From the NCBI GenBank assembly GCA_964035545.1, contig OZ037765.1:6148698-6212697 (forward strand): DNA of 64,000 nucleotides, in the 5' to 3' direction. The stretch comes from Bugula neritina. Its lineage: Eukaryota; Animalia; Bryozoa. The notes below the pieces were generated by a model. That model searched no databases. It was not told where the DNA came from and saw nothing but the letters and a program-made list of their open reading frames with translations. A program made the position numbers and the translations under genes. This document shows, one piece after another, positions 39,263 through 52,200 of this stretch (its first letter is position 1; each line of letters begins with the position of its first letter).

Positions 39263-39312
39263 AAACAAGATAAAATTTAGGGCCTGTACAGGCCCTAAAT
39301 TTTATTTTGTTT
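39263..39312. repeat. 50-bp near-perfect palindrome
   Basis: AAACAAGATAAAATTTAGGGCCTGT|ACAGGCCCTAAATTTTATTTTGTTT, one mismatch, no spacer. Confidence 0.92.
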
Positions 39313-40296
39313 AGAAGACTTTGATTTTAAATTTTTTCAATATTGTTACATATCTAGTATTCTATATAATATCAGCTTGCTTTAACAAATAGAATGTTTG
39401 AATTAATTTCTGCTATACTTGTATGTATGCACAATTAATAAAATAATTGTTCAAATATTAAATTGGTAATCATTAAAGTTCAGAAAAGAAAAGTTCTGCT
39501 TAGCATTTCAATAACTTATTGTGCTTTTTATAACAGCGCTCAACACATGTTACTGCATATTAAAGACTGTCCAATTTGGGGTACTTTAGGGTCACTTGTG
39601 TCCATTGCCTTTTTGAGTAAGTAATATTTTCATTGTATCAGTGGATGTTATAAATACAGTATGCTTTGCATGTTCATATAATTTCTAAACTAAGATTGAC
39701 TGAGTAGTTCAAAAACTTTGCACAATACTCTTTCCATAAGAATGTTTATATCAAGAGAACTGCCCATCCTATTTCATGATGACATGTTTTTTACAAAAAT
39801 GTCCCAGTGTGAACACCCTTTACTGTCTAAATTCTAAAATACTCGAGGAAGCAATGCCATGGTGCCTGCTTATCGTAATCTTCACCTCTTGGCTGAGTAA
39901 AGTTTATTTAGCAAGATATCAATTATACTTACAAGATAATATTATTTACTGTACACTACTTGTAAGCTCTTACGAAAATTTACAATTTAAAATTGCCTGT
40001 AGTATAACAGTCAACAATATTTATTTATACAAGTAAAAAAAGTATATTGGGTTAGACAATTAATGAGAAAACTCATTAGTTAATATTGAAGCTTTCTTAT
40101 TGAAAGCCACCTTCTTGAAGCTATAGCATAAACCACATTGAAGTTTTAGATTGCATTATACAGCTAGATGCAGGATGTATTTCAACACCTGGGGGAATAA
40201 TATACTATTTAGGATCAGCCCGAGTTGAAATTCAAAGAGTTGTTAAATAGAATTTGTTGGTCTAACTATCAATTGAATTCCCAAAAGTATCTCCTT

Positions 40297-43200
40297 TCAT
40301 TTGAACTCTTGCTTCAGATTGTAGACTGAGATCTGTGTTTTGCTGCTTCCTTTGGGAGACCTAGCTGCTAAATAAATCACAAAATATTCTTATGGGAAAT
40401 AGTTTTAATAAATCGTGCATACCACTCTAATGGAATATTATAACAAACATTTCAACTAATGAGCAAAATTAAAAGAAGATTAATTAAGCAAAATTGGGGT
40501 TAGTGGTCATATCTAACCAATTTTTTTATTGAAAAAACATAAAAAATTAATAAAACAGAAAGCCTATATTTCAACAAATATTTGGATACCAAATTGTCAC
40601 TGTTGTTACCATGCAAAGGCCATTGCTAAGGCTTGATCATTGTAAACAAATAATCCACAACTTATTCTAGGTTTGCTAACTTCAAAGGCAAATTTCCCAA
40701 AAAAATTCTGAAATGTTTAAATGCTAATATTCTCTTTGCACTAGGGATTTCTAATAAAGTGCAGAATGCTTGCAAAAATCTGTTCCATAACCTCATACTA
40801 AAAGTTTGAAGAAACTAGGTGCAACTTATATTTTTTTACTTATGGATATAACAATATTCAACAGAAGCGCTTTTATCTTTCTCTAAAAAAAGCAAATTTA
40901 AATTTTGATTTCAAATGCTATTAGACAGCAAAGAGCAATTTAGCATAAGCTCAAAAATACACAGTTGATCTTATCTTGAACTTGGTATATGGGTAGAGCA
41001 ATCTATTATATATAATAATGCAAATAGCAAAAACGACATGTAAATAAAATAAATTATCGTTATACTTTTAAATTTTGATTAGGGAGGGGTTTATTGTTGG
41101 TGAGAAAATAACTTCTAGAAATCAGCATATTTACAGGGAATGCTTTAAAAGCCCCTTTAATTAAACTATTATTTTTTTATTGTTTTCTGCATACATGGCT
41201 GGTTTATGACTATCTTGATGAACTGAATGATGGTGTAAACACACTGCAGCACACTATTTTTGTTGAGCAATTAAAATTCTTGTGATAATAATATGAAGTT
41301 TGAACTCACTATGGGGTGTAGCTCCAGGCTGACTGAGTTGTAAGTGATTTCTGTTGAAAAATGGCTTTTCTTTTTCCGTTCTAACAAGTTTTGCTTTTAA
41401 AGAGTCTGGCATGATAGGTGGTATCAGAGGTTCAATCTTCATGAAAGGTATGGCGTGATACATAGAGTACTAAAATAACAATGCTATGTAATTAGCTAAC
41501 TCGATACACTTGCATTGTAAAAAATAGATAATGCTTGATACAGAGTACCTCATATTTATCAATAGTTAGTTGAGATGAATATCTGAATGATATATAACAT
41601 ATACACTACATATAGCAGGATATTCAGTAAGAGCACAAGTTACAGTAACAATAATGCAGAGTGCAATTTGTATACGTAGAATAAGTTGATATAAGAATGC
41701 ACAGTAATTCGGGGTGCAGTAATGGAAAAATTGAGAAAAGCTTGTGTTTTAGATAAAATATTTATGAAAAATTGGGTTCTCGAAAAATTTTAATCAGTGT
41801 TAAACTAAATTATTTTTAAAAAAACTGAAGAGCTTAGTATATAAAAATTTCTCCACACCTAAGCTTGCTTTATGTGAGCAACATACTGATAATAGAGCTT
41901 TCGTGTTAATATACTGAACACCAGTCTATTACGAACAGTTGGTTTAATACTTATCTTTAGAAGAAAGGTGAACAGGAAAGAAAAGCATACAAACTTGTTT
42001 TATATTTGATAGTATAGCATATCTTAATCTTACTCAGCATATAATTTAAACTATCCCCCCCACCCAGCAAACTTTAGCTAATTTAGCATAACGCAATGTT
42101 TACTTTGTCTAGTTCCGTGACAGTAAAACAGTTTGTAGTGTTGTGATGTAATAGAGGTCTTATATTTTATGAAGTTGGAAGTGTTAGTTAGTGGCTTTAA
42201 ATGATTACCTGAGCGTAAGGTAAACCAAAGCTAGGAACTGGTTTGTGCCTTCTGCGCTTCTTATAGCTTTTCTTAAAATATTTCGAAGTTATGACGCGAT
42301 TGTAAATGGCATTGACATCAATGTCCACTTCATTCTTATCTCTAGCAGCTGTAAAATTTTAATTTAGCAGCTTGATAACAGACTATTATAGATATGCAGC
42401 TGTTGTGTTTTGAATTATGAACAAATTAAAAACTGATTATAACAAAATAGTATTCAAATTAGTATTCGATAGCACAAACATTTCAGTGTTGAATATTCTC
42501 ATTTTAAAGAAACAGCATTAGTCTAATTCATAGAATAACAAAACTGAAATCAAAAAACAATACTGATGTGATATTCAAATACTTTCAGTTTTCATAAAAA
42601 TCAGCAGATTCTATAGGACCGTAGCAGTACGTACGATCATGAGTTGGGTTCTTGTTGCGCTTGCACGGACCTGCTTCAAGGGAGATGCTGGTTTTCTTCA
42701 GAGCACTTTGCAATCTAGTCTTTTGTTCTGGACTGATTATTGATATGATTGAGTCCTGGGATTCCTTGTTGTGACGTCCTTTAGAAAGATAGAAAAGACA
42801 ACTATATAGTTATGGTTGATTCTAGCTCAAAGAAAGTAGACATCAAGTCCATGGAATATTTTACACTAACTTTGAAGAGTTATTTCCTCGCTGCTCTCTT
42901 GCTCTTCTATAATAACCGGAACATTACGAGATGCCATCAGCTGTTTTGGTGACATCGCAGTGTTTTGATCGTCTCTGGATTTGTTATCATTCATAGCTGG
43001 AGTTTCATCTGCCAGGTCTTCAGTAGAAACCTGCAGTAACCAGTTCATTGATATTTATATTGTGCTGTTTTGCTTATCTAAACATTACGTATTATTACAT
43101 ATGTTATCCTTGTATGCTGGCTGTATACAACAATGCTACTATATACCATATCGCAAGCATTATGTATATTATGCATATACTTAGTTTTGCTATTTACATA

Positions 43201-46200
43201 CAAAATAATCTCACAGTTTGAATTTCAACTCCACCTAAATGTTAGCTAACCAAGCAAAATAGTTCAAAAAATACGTAAGCAAAGCAAGTTTGTGTCTTGG
43301 AGAAAAAATATTTTGCCAAATGCTTTTCTATAACCAATTAAAGTTACTAGTCAAAGTTAATGCTCACCTTCAGCATTTGAAATTTCAAAGACTGTATCCA
43401 AATTGTTTTTATCTGTAATGCATATGAATAGTTATAATCCATGAAAAAAGTAAACTTATTCTATAAAAACAAATCACAAAACATAATTTATTTTGTGTTA
43501 CACGAGTAGTGTTTAATTGTATGACGTACTGTAAATTGTATTACATGCAAACTGCAGCCCCCAGTTTTAGCAAAGTTACTCAATCAGAATTGCCTTCTCA
43601 TTGTTCATAAAATCACACTTTGATGAATGAGTAAATGACTTTCAGAGTATATAGCCATGTTAGAAGGTGAATAAACTCACAGTAGAAGTGAGCTCTTCAT
43701 CTGAAGGATCTGGACTTAGTTTCTTAATAATGTGCTCCAAGTTGCAGTCGGATTCATACGAGAAATTGAAGTCCTGGATTTTATTCTTCCGCACATAATT
43801 GACAGCGCTGCGGTGAATAGCTGCTGCCACATTTTTCCAAAGTGTCTGGGTACAATCATTTTCACTGCTTTCTGATGAATCATTTGAACTTCCCACCATA
43901 TCGGCATTAGATTCTATGGAGTTCACTTCTTTGCTTTTGCCTAAGAAATAACCAGAAATAACTTCACTGCTCTTTATAAAATAAGTAAATCAGTTTTTTA
44001 AATCATTAAACCCCATGTTTACTTAAAAATCTAATCTATCATGTGTTTCTGGGTGATAAATTGTTATTTCAAATTTAAAATAATGATAGTTTTATATAAA
44101 AGTCGCATCAACCTATTATACTAGTTGCTTAAAAAAACACTCAATAAGTTGTGAAAATCAATAAAATATTATATACAATTATGCCTAATAAGAAACCATT
44201 ATTTTTTCACGGCAACAATGCAATCAAGATAAGACAACTTTACGTACCCAGATTTGAGACAAAGGAAGTGAGTCCAGTAAAAAGACATATCGCCCTCAAC
44301 TTGTTCCATCTTTTGAAGACTCCACCATTCCAGACCTGTTGAAGTAACCAGAGCTCTACTGAACTATAAACATGCTTTGCAATAAAAACAAAAATATTTC
44401 TAATTAGCAACGTTTCTTTACATAACATTTTAACATTTATACATAAACATAGCTTTAAAAGTTCAAATTAGCAATTCAACACTAACAACTTCCAGATTGG
44501 AAAGAATAAATTCTATGAATTTATATATAAATACTGAATAACTAACAGTCCTAATTCCACCTAGCATTTTATAATTTGCAGTTAAGTTTCAACTAAAATA
44601 ACTTTATTTTTAAACAAAACACAACACATAAAGTGCAAATACATTGCTATTACTATCATAGTAATATTATTATATGAGAATGATTTGATGCAATATTGGA
44701 AATATTACTTGTAAAGTTGTGCCAGATGCCACTTTTCTAACATCGTGAGGTAAAAGCTTTTCCATGCCTACCGTACCGATGTTCCACGGCGTAGGCTGCC
44801 CAAACTGGCCGATATATAATCCAGTTATGGTCCACAGTCTAACCTTAAAAGTAAAGTTCTAAAAATAAGTGTAGCTTTCACAATTGTTATTACTTGACGC
44901 ATATTCCATTGTTGAATAACTGGAATTTGCAACAATAATATGGAACTGTATGCTCCTTAGTGACAAAAATGTTTTTTGAATTTCTTTAAAATGAGAAATA
45001 TAATATAATATAATATAATATAAGTACTGTGAACATAAAGAAACACATTCTGGTAATCTATATCATACACTAGAAATGTAAATAACTATTATGTAACGTA
45101 CGTATATATATTACAATACTACAATAATATAAGTTTATGATTAGAAAATTATTACTGTTTTTTTTGGGATCATAAATTTGATAAAGTCAATACAAATTGC
45201 CGATTAAAGAGTTGCTTTTGTTAAATACTTTAATAAGTAAACAAAGCATGTTGTAGAAATTAGATACAAACATTTCCATCAGAGCTGCTGGTAATAATAA
45301 AGTGTCTGTGCTCCACGTAGCTGATACTGGTGATTCCCCTCACATGACCTCTAAAGGAGTTCAACAGTGGTGGAGACTTCAATGTCTCTAGAGGATTGCT
45401 TTTACTGGACGGGATACCATGGCACGCAAGGTGACATCTTAGTCTATAAGGTTTAGCTGTAGTTTTATTCAGTAATGATTGTCGAGCATTTCATTGACAG
45501 CATCAAACATAAAGTACACTGCTACAAATGGTGTACTTGACAAAGACTTGAAAAATATCAGACTTGATTATTATAAACATATTCTAATAAATTCTAATTG
45601 AAAAGTATGCATATCTGTTACATGCACACTATTAGTAAACTGTTCCAGCAAGCTACAATAATTAGCTTTTTGTTACAACACAGCTTTGTGTAGCTAACTA
45701 ACTATAGCTGAAACCTCTAAAAACAATCAACACTTAGACAATATTGGTGAATCTACAGCAGTTTTGAACTACATGAAGTGAGTTTTAATAATACAGCAAA
45801 ACAAAGCATTGATAAAATCTTAATGGTATAAAATCAACTTAAACTCAATACAATTATTATGAAATGGCATACCTCAACCTTCGTGATAAAATATGATCCA
45901 AGTTTTTGATGTCATCTGCCAGGAAGAAAAAGTGTGAATATTTACTTTTCTTTTTATTTAAATATTGTGGATTAAGTTTAATATTATTGAGTTGCTGTTC
46001 GTCCAAGCAGAAAGTCTCGATGTCCCATACCTTGACATATCCTTCAGAATCACCTACAAATATTATTAGTAAAGACTTGGAAATGCAGATATAGAATTTT
46101 AAGGTCATGTAGTGCTTACCTAATATTTTTATTTAAAGGTATTAGGATGATTTGCTTACAGTAGGGGTTGGAATGTTTTGGCACCAATTTACCCTATTCT

Positions 46201-49200
46201 AATACTACCAAACCAACCCTATAATATGAAATCCTAGTGGTAGAGCCCACTTTACACTACACAACTTACAATAAAATAAAACATTTTAAAAATATTTTAG
46301 CATGCTATGTACACAACTCTTACACCATGTATCACAGCACTATACTGGTTATACTTGAAGCAAGAACATGCATGGCGGATTGCACCTATCATAGTATGAG
46401 CAGTTTATGAAGATTATTAAAACCAGCTTGAACTAAACTATATAAATATTTCAATTAAATGTCATAAAATGATGACTGAACTGCAATGGCTAAACTTAAT
46501 TTAAACATAATTTACTAAATTTTATACTCTAAATTACTTGTATAACTTTTTATATAAAAATCATTTGTCAAATACAATGTAATTATGTTAACTCCGCTAT
46601 AGCTAGTTTTCAATTAGAATTCATGTAAAACACATTACCAGTGAAAAGATACTCGTTTCTAACATCTGTAGTCAAAGAGACAATGTTTTCATCTTTATTG
46701 TGTGCCGCATTGAACTGTCCAAGAAGCTCTACATACCATAACACTCACGATTAGTCATATTGGAGTGATTCAAACACAAGAAACTTTATTTAATTTCTCA
46801 CCTAAACAGCTGTAGTCCTGTAGCCTGTAGGATACTTATTTAATAAAAGAAAAAAACCACACTAAATTTTTCACATAATATGTTAAGCTAAAAGAAATTT
46901 TATATGTTCAGAAAAAAATTAAATAACTATATAGTTTAGCTGAAAACTTTTCCCTTGCAGCTCTCTTTTATGTTGTAATGAAATAAAAACTACAAAATAA
47001 TAGCATAAATGAGGTGACAAAATGACATACCCCCTTTTAGGGTAGTTGACCAAAATCTTATCCACCCATTGCCCCCTCCTGTAACAAGAGTACCAGTTTT
47101 ATTTGTATTCACTCTGTTGAGCAACGATACCATACAGTCCACGGATTGGTTGTTCAAGAGTTGGTAGTGGAAATTGCTCTCTCCCGACTAAACAGCCACT
47201 CAATAATAGGTATATAGTTTCAAATGTCCGATTTGCATGCAAGCATAAAATAATGTATTGTATAATCAATAAAAAATGATCTCTAGTACTTAAACTGATT
47301 TGATGCAAATAAATGCAATCAGTTTTTATTATCGGTGAATCAAGAATAAATTAAAAATGACTACTAATAAAATTAATTTATATAATTTATATAATAGAAT
47401 ACAAACTTGCAAAAGAGATGAATGAAGAGCTGCTGTGATATTTCTGTAGGTTTCCTCTTTAGAAAACAGATGCTCAATAAATTCCTTATCACGCAGTTGC
47501 TCAGTTTCATAGCCGAGAAAAGCAGCAAAAGCCATTTTCTCATACCTTGGCTGGTCATACAAGTAATCATTGGTCTCAGTAACACCAGTCGTAACAAGAC
47601 TTGATGGTGGCTGAAACAAGAATTCAAACTAGAAAATTAATGAAATCCTTCCTATCAAAGCACATAATAGTAGGTATAGTAAGCGATAAATTAACTGTTA
47701 TTCAATTTAAACTTAGCTCTTTAAAGCACAATTCTTTTAAAGAAGCTTCCTGCAGTAGAAACTGTAACCACTCATTGGCAGGTCAAGGATTTCTCGCAGA
47801 TATTACCAACATCAGGTTCAATAGTCACACATAGTAAACACAACATACTTGGTTTCCAATGTTACCAGCAATATAAGCTCAGTTTCAATAACAAATTTCA
47901 ACTGCAGTCACGCTACTACCTATATTAACTTAATATGAACAACTCCCAATCAACCAACTTACATGAATCGATGAGTAACGGCGATATTTCCTCATAGGAA
48001 AAGGTAACATTCCTTCAGAAATGGTTGAGAAATCAGTTTTACGTCTTGGTATTACCACAGGACTGCCAAGAAACTTGGCTTTATGATTACCAAACTTTAA
48101 ATCGAGTATGGAATGAGTAGAGACTGACGCGTTGAAAATTAAGAATGGCTTACCTAAAACGTTACATAACAATCAGGTAGTTTCACGATACATTGAATAA
48201 GACTTGTAATGGTCCTCATATTGTATAACCTTTTAATCAGTGTTTTCACTTCAGTTGCAGTGTGCAATTAGGAGCTATGATCCTATGACAGGCCATGTAG
48301 AATCCAGTTGTTATACAACAGTTAAGTAGCACATCATTAACTAGCTGCTTGCATAGTAGACATGCAATAACAACATAATTTCAATAAAACAGATTGCCAG
48401 ATTATGAAATAAAAAATAATTTTGTAAAAATCAACAATACCAAAATATTGAAGGAAAAAATTCTTAACAATACAATGACTAATTATTATATACATTATAC
48501 CAATTCCTAGGGCTAAATATTTTAAATATTTTGCAGTCTATGACATCATTAAAATATGTGAAGCAATGAAATTAACTAGTTGAAAACCAGAGCCGAAAGA
48601 TCAACCTTTTCTACAATAATATGAGACTAAAGACTGACCGTTGACAATAGACCTAAAGAGAATATCTCCGCTACTGGACGATGTAACAACCAAGGTAGGC
48701 TGCAGATGTACCATGCAACTGATCTCTGAATCGTGTATAGGAAGGTAGTCGTAGACCTCATTGCTGTCTTTCTCATCAATATATGTGTAGACATTTCGGC
48801 TGCCACTCAGCGCCATTACTACGCAACAAAATCCAGACATTTTCATTTGTTAGCATGAATTGTTGTAGCTTCAATAGAAAAATGCAGTTCTAATATTTTT
48901 GTATAAATGTAGCTTTGGCTAATAGTGTGTGAATTTCTCAGTAGAGTTTATATAAATATATAACCAAAGAAGAACATTGCCAATTTCCAAAGTGTTTTAG
49001 GGTTGTTCTCCCATTGTTTGCAACTAAATTTTTCAATTGAAGCTGTGAGAAAATACAGCCATGAAACTAATACTAAAATATCAGAATAGTGTCATAACGT
49101 GTAATCAACACTAAAATATTAGAATAGTATATCATGGTGTGTAATCAACACTGAAGTATCAGAATAGTATATCATGGTGTGTAATCAACACTAAAGTATC

Positions 49201-52200
49201 AGAATAGTATATCATGGTGATCATACAAATCTTTGAATGTTCCTCAGACCAGACTAAACCAACGACGTCATCTGAGCCTTTTTTGATGCTCCTTTTAAGT
49301 TGACTTTTTGGTGACAGTTTCCTAAGCAAAGTCCCATTATTTAAATTCCATACGCAGGCAGTGCCATCATGAGCACCTGAAACAATATAATAATATAAGA
49401 GGTAATATAAAATTTGTTTAATAACAATATTTTTCTAATGATAAAAAATCTGATGTTTTCAGTGTGCATAATACACACACACATTACAAGTGCTATTTGG
49501 TCCCCTGTTACTCATCTGAGTTTCCTAGCTGGAAAATTTGATTTAATCTGTGTAGATCATATTTTTTATGAAGATGCAGCAACATTAAAATAAAGCAGTT
49601 TTTAAAAACAGGACTAAATAAACAAATTTGAAATGTTATGTTTTACTACTTTGCTGTAATGTTGCTACATTGAAATAAACTGTATCCATGTCATAGAGCA
49701 TTATATATCCATTTTATGAAATTAACTAAAGGCATGTAAAATAGTTCAAAGGTCATCTACCTGTGAGAAGTCTCCTATAACTGGGGTCAAAGCAAAATGT
49801 GACAATCTCCTGGTTTATCATACTACCATTGATTAGTTTCTGGTGGCAGTCCTGAAACTGTATAATCTTCTGACCAGAGTGGAGGCTCCATAAGCATATA
49901 GTAGATTTAGCATCAGAGCTTACCACCTACACAGGTACATACAAGAAAACCAAATTACCTGTATATATTTACCTATAGCTATACACTTAAAGCAAGGTCA
50001 CTAACAGCTGCATGAAGCACTACACTCATATAAGTTCATTACCATCTTACATTTTAGACTAATTTGTTGAAATAATAAACATGGCTTTTTTAAGAGCATA
50101 TTTCAAATACTTATATTTTTAAGCATTTTCTATTTTTAGCCTAACCATTAAATCTAACAGGTTGAAAGCTGTCTTACTAAATCAAAGAGAGGGTTGTACA
50201 TAGCCTGAGTGCAAAGCCCGTCATGAGTTGTTGTATACAGATTACCAGCAGAGTCCTGGCTATTTTTGAACTCAAACATGCCAAGGTAATGCGTTCCGAC
50301 CAGCAGTGATGAGGTGCAGTCATTCAAGTGAAGGGAAGTAACATGGTGTAGTTCAAGAGAAAGAGCACTGCAGGTATACAAGATAACACAGTTCATACAA
50401 CATATTGCTGTTTTCATTAAAAAATTAAACAAAAAAGAACATAAATTGACAAATTAATTATTTCAAAGCAAATACCATTAATACAAAAATAGGTAATTAG
50501 ATTCGTCACCTATTTCTAAAAGAAATCTTGGAACTCATTCTAATTGCAAAAAATTCTGAAAACATTTGTGTCTCTCTAGACTGTAAAATAACTTTTTTAC
50601 AAACTATATATTATGTTAGAACTTTATAAACAACTCTTTTAGATTATTCTCAATAGATTATTATATAATTATATAAATACAGAAAACAAACTAAAACCAA
50701 CATGTGACAATTTTAACTAAAATAATTATTTTCAATTGTTGCAACTGTAAAAATAAGTTGAAAGAACAAGTTTATTACCTGTTGGCTAAACCCAAGTTGC
50801 TGATAAAAAACATACTACAATATAGATTATACTGATTATTTAGCATTTACGTCCAGTAAAAGGCAAATTTTAATAGCCTAAATTCTTTAACTTCTAAATG
50901 TTTGTTTGTAGTGTCAGTTGAAATTCTCGAGAGAACATAATTTTCTCAATATTTCCATTACTGTACTGCCATTTAGTTGAACTACATGCTGACCAATTAA
51001 CCCCTGGGGCATGCACTAAGTAACTGGGTAAAAGTTTTGCAACAATGTTTACTAGAAAAAGCAAGTTGAATCTTATCAGACAATGAAATCTAATCTAACA
51101 GTTTTATATGATTTTTGTGTAAAAATAGTGAAAATGCTGGGTTTTTATACCAGTCAAAAAGTCTGTCATTTGTTAATTAAGTTATTGACAAATTTTTCAC
51201 CTGATATCGATGATCTGCAGCAGCACATAGTTGTACATGTTGTGTACCAAAATCCGCTGATCTTCTCCAGCAGAAATTATCAGGCTCCTGGTCTCATCCA
51301 GCACTAAGGCTGTGATTGGCTTGTGGTGACTATACAGTACATTGGTGACTTTAGCTATAACTGGTCTTACAAGTCTTATCTGAAACATAATAAGTGTAAA
51401 AATATTCACCAAAGCATTTCTTTAACATAATAGAAATTCTACAGTTTTTACTTTTAACACTATTTAATACTTTAACACTAAATTAATAATATATTGTATA
51501 TATAGTATTTTGACAGTTCAATTATAACTGTGAAATACTCACTCAAGTTAAAAGCTCAACAATCAATAAAATTGAAGATATATTTTTAATGTAATTGATT
51601 CATTTGGGGCATGTTATAAAAATTATTATTTTATATTACAACTTCACCAACAATAGTCACTTGGACAAAAGAAAAAATTGTTCATATTCAAAACATTAGT
51701 TTCAACAATTCATTCTACGTAGCTACGCAACGTAAGCAGTGAACATAATTAGAGCTTTGTGTTAGTGTACTTTTTGAATGTAGGTATTCATTTTTTAAAT
51801 TGTTGACAAATTTGCAAAAATATCTTTCTTCAACAAAATTTACAATAATCATTTGTATAATAAGACATTAAAATACCATGCCTGATTAATTTTGTCTGAA
51901 CATAACAATATTTTTAACTTGATTTTGAAATGCTAACTTTTGTATCAAGTTTTGAAGCTTTATAGTAAAAAAGTATTTGGTTACTTTTTTAATAAAAACA
52001 ATAACTAGCAACAGCCATAGTGTGGTTTCTAAAAATTAGATTTTGCAGGCATTCTAGTGTTTTGATGTAATCATCTGGGATTACTCACTTAGGAGCAGTA
52101 GTGGAGAAATTGAGATAGCCTAAGTTTTTTAATTTTATTGTTAAATTTTGATTTGGGGTGCTGGTTGCAATTCTCACAAGAAAATAACGTTTTTGCTACA

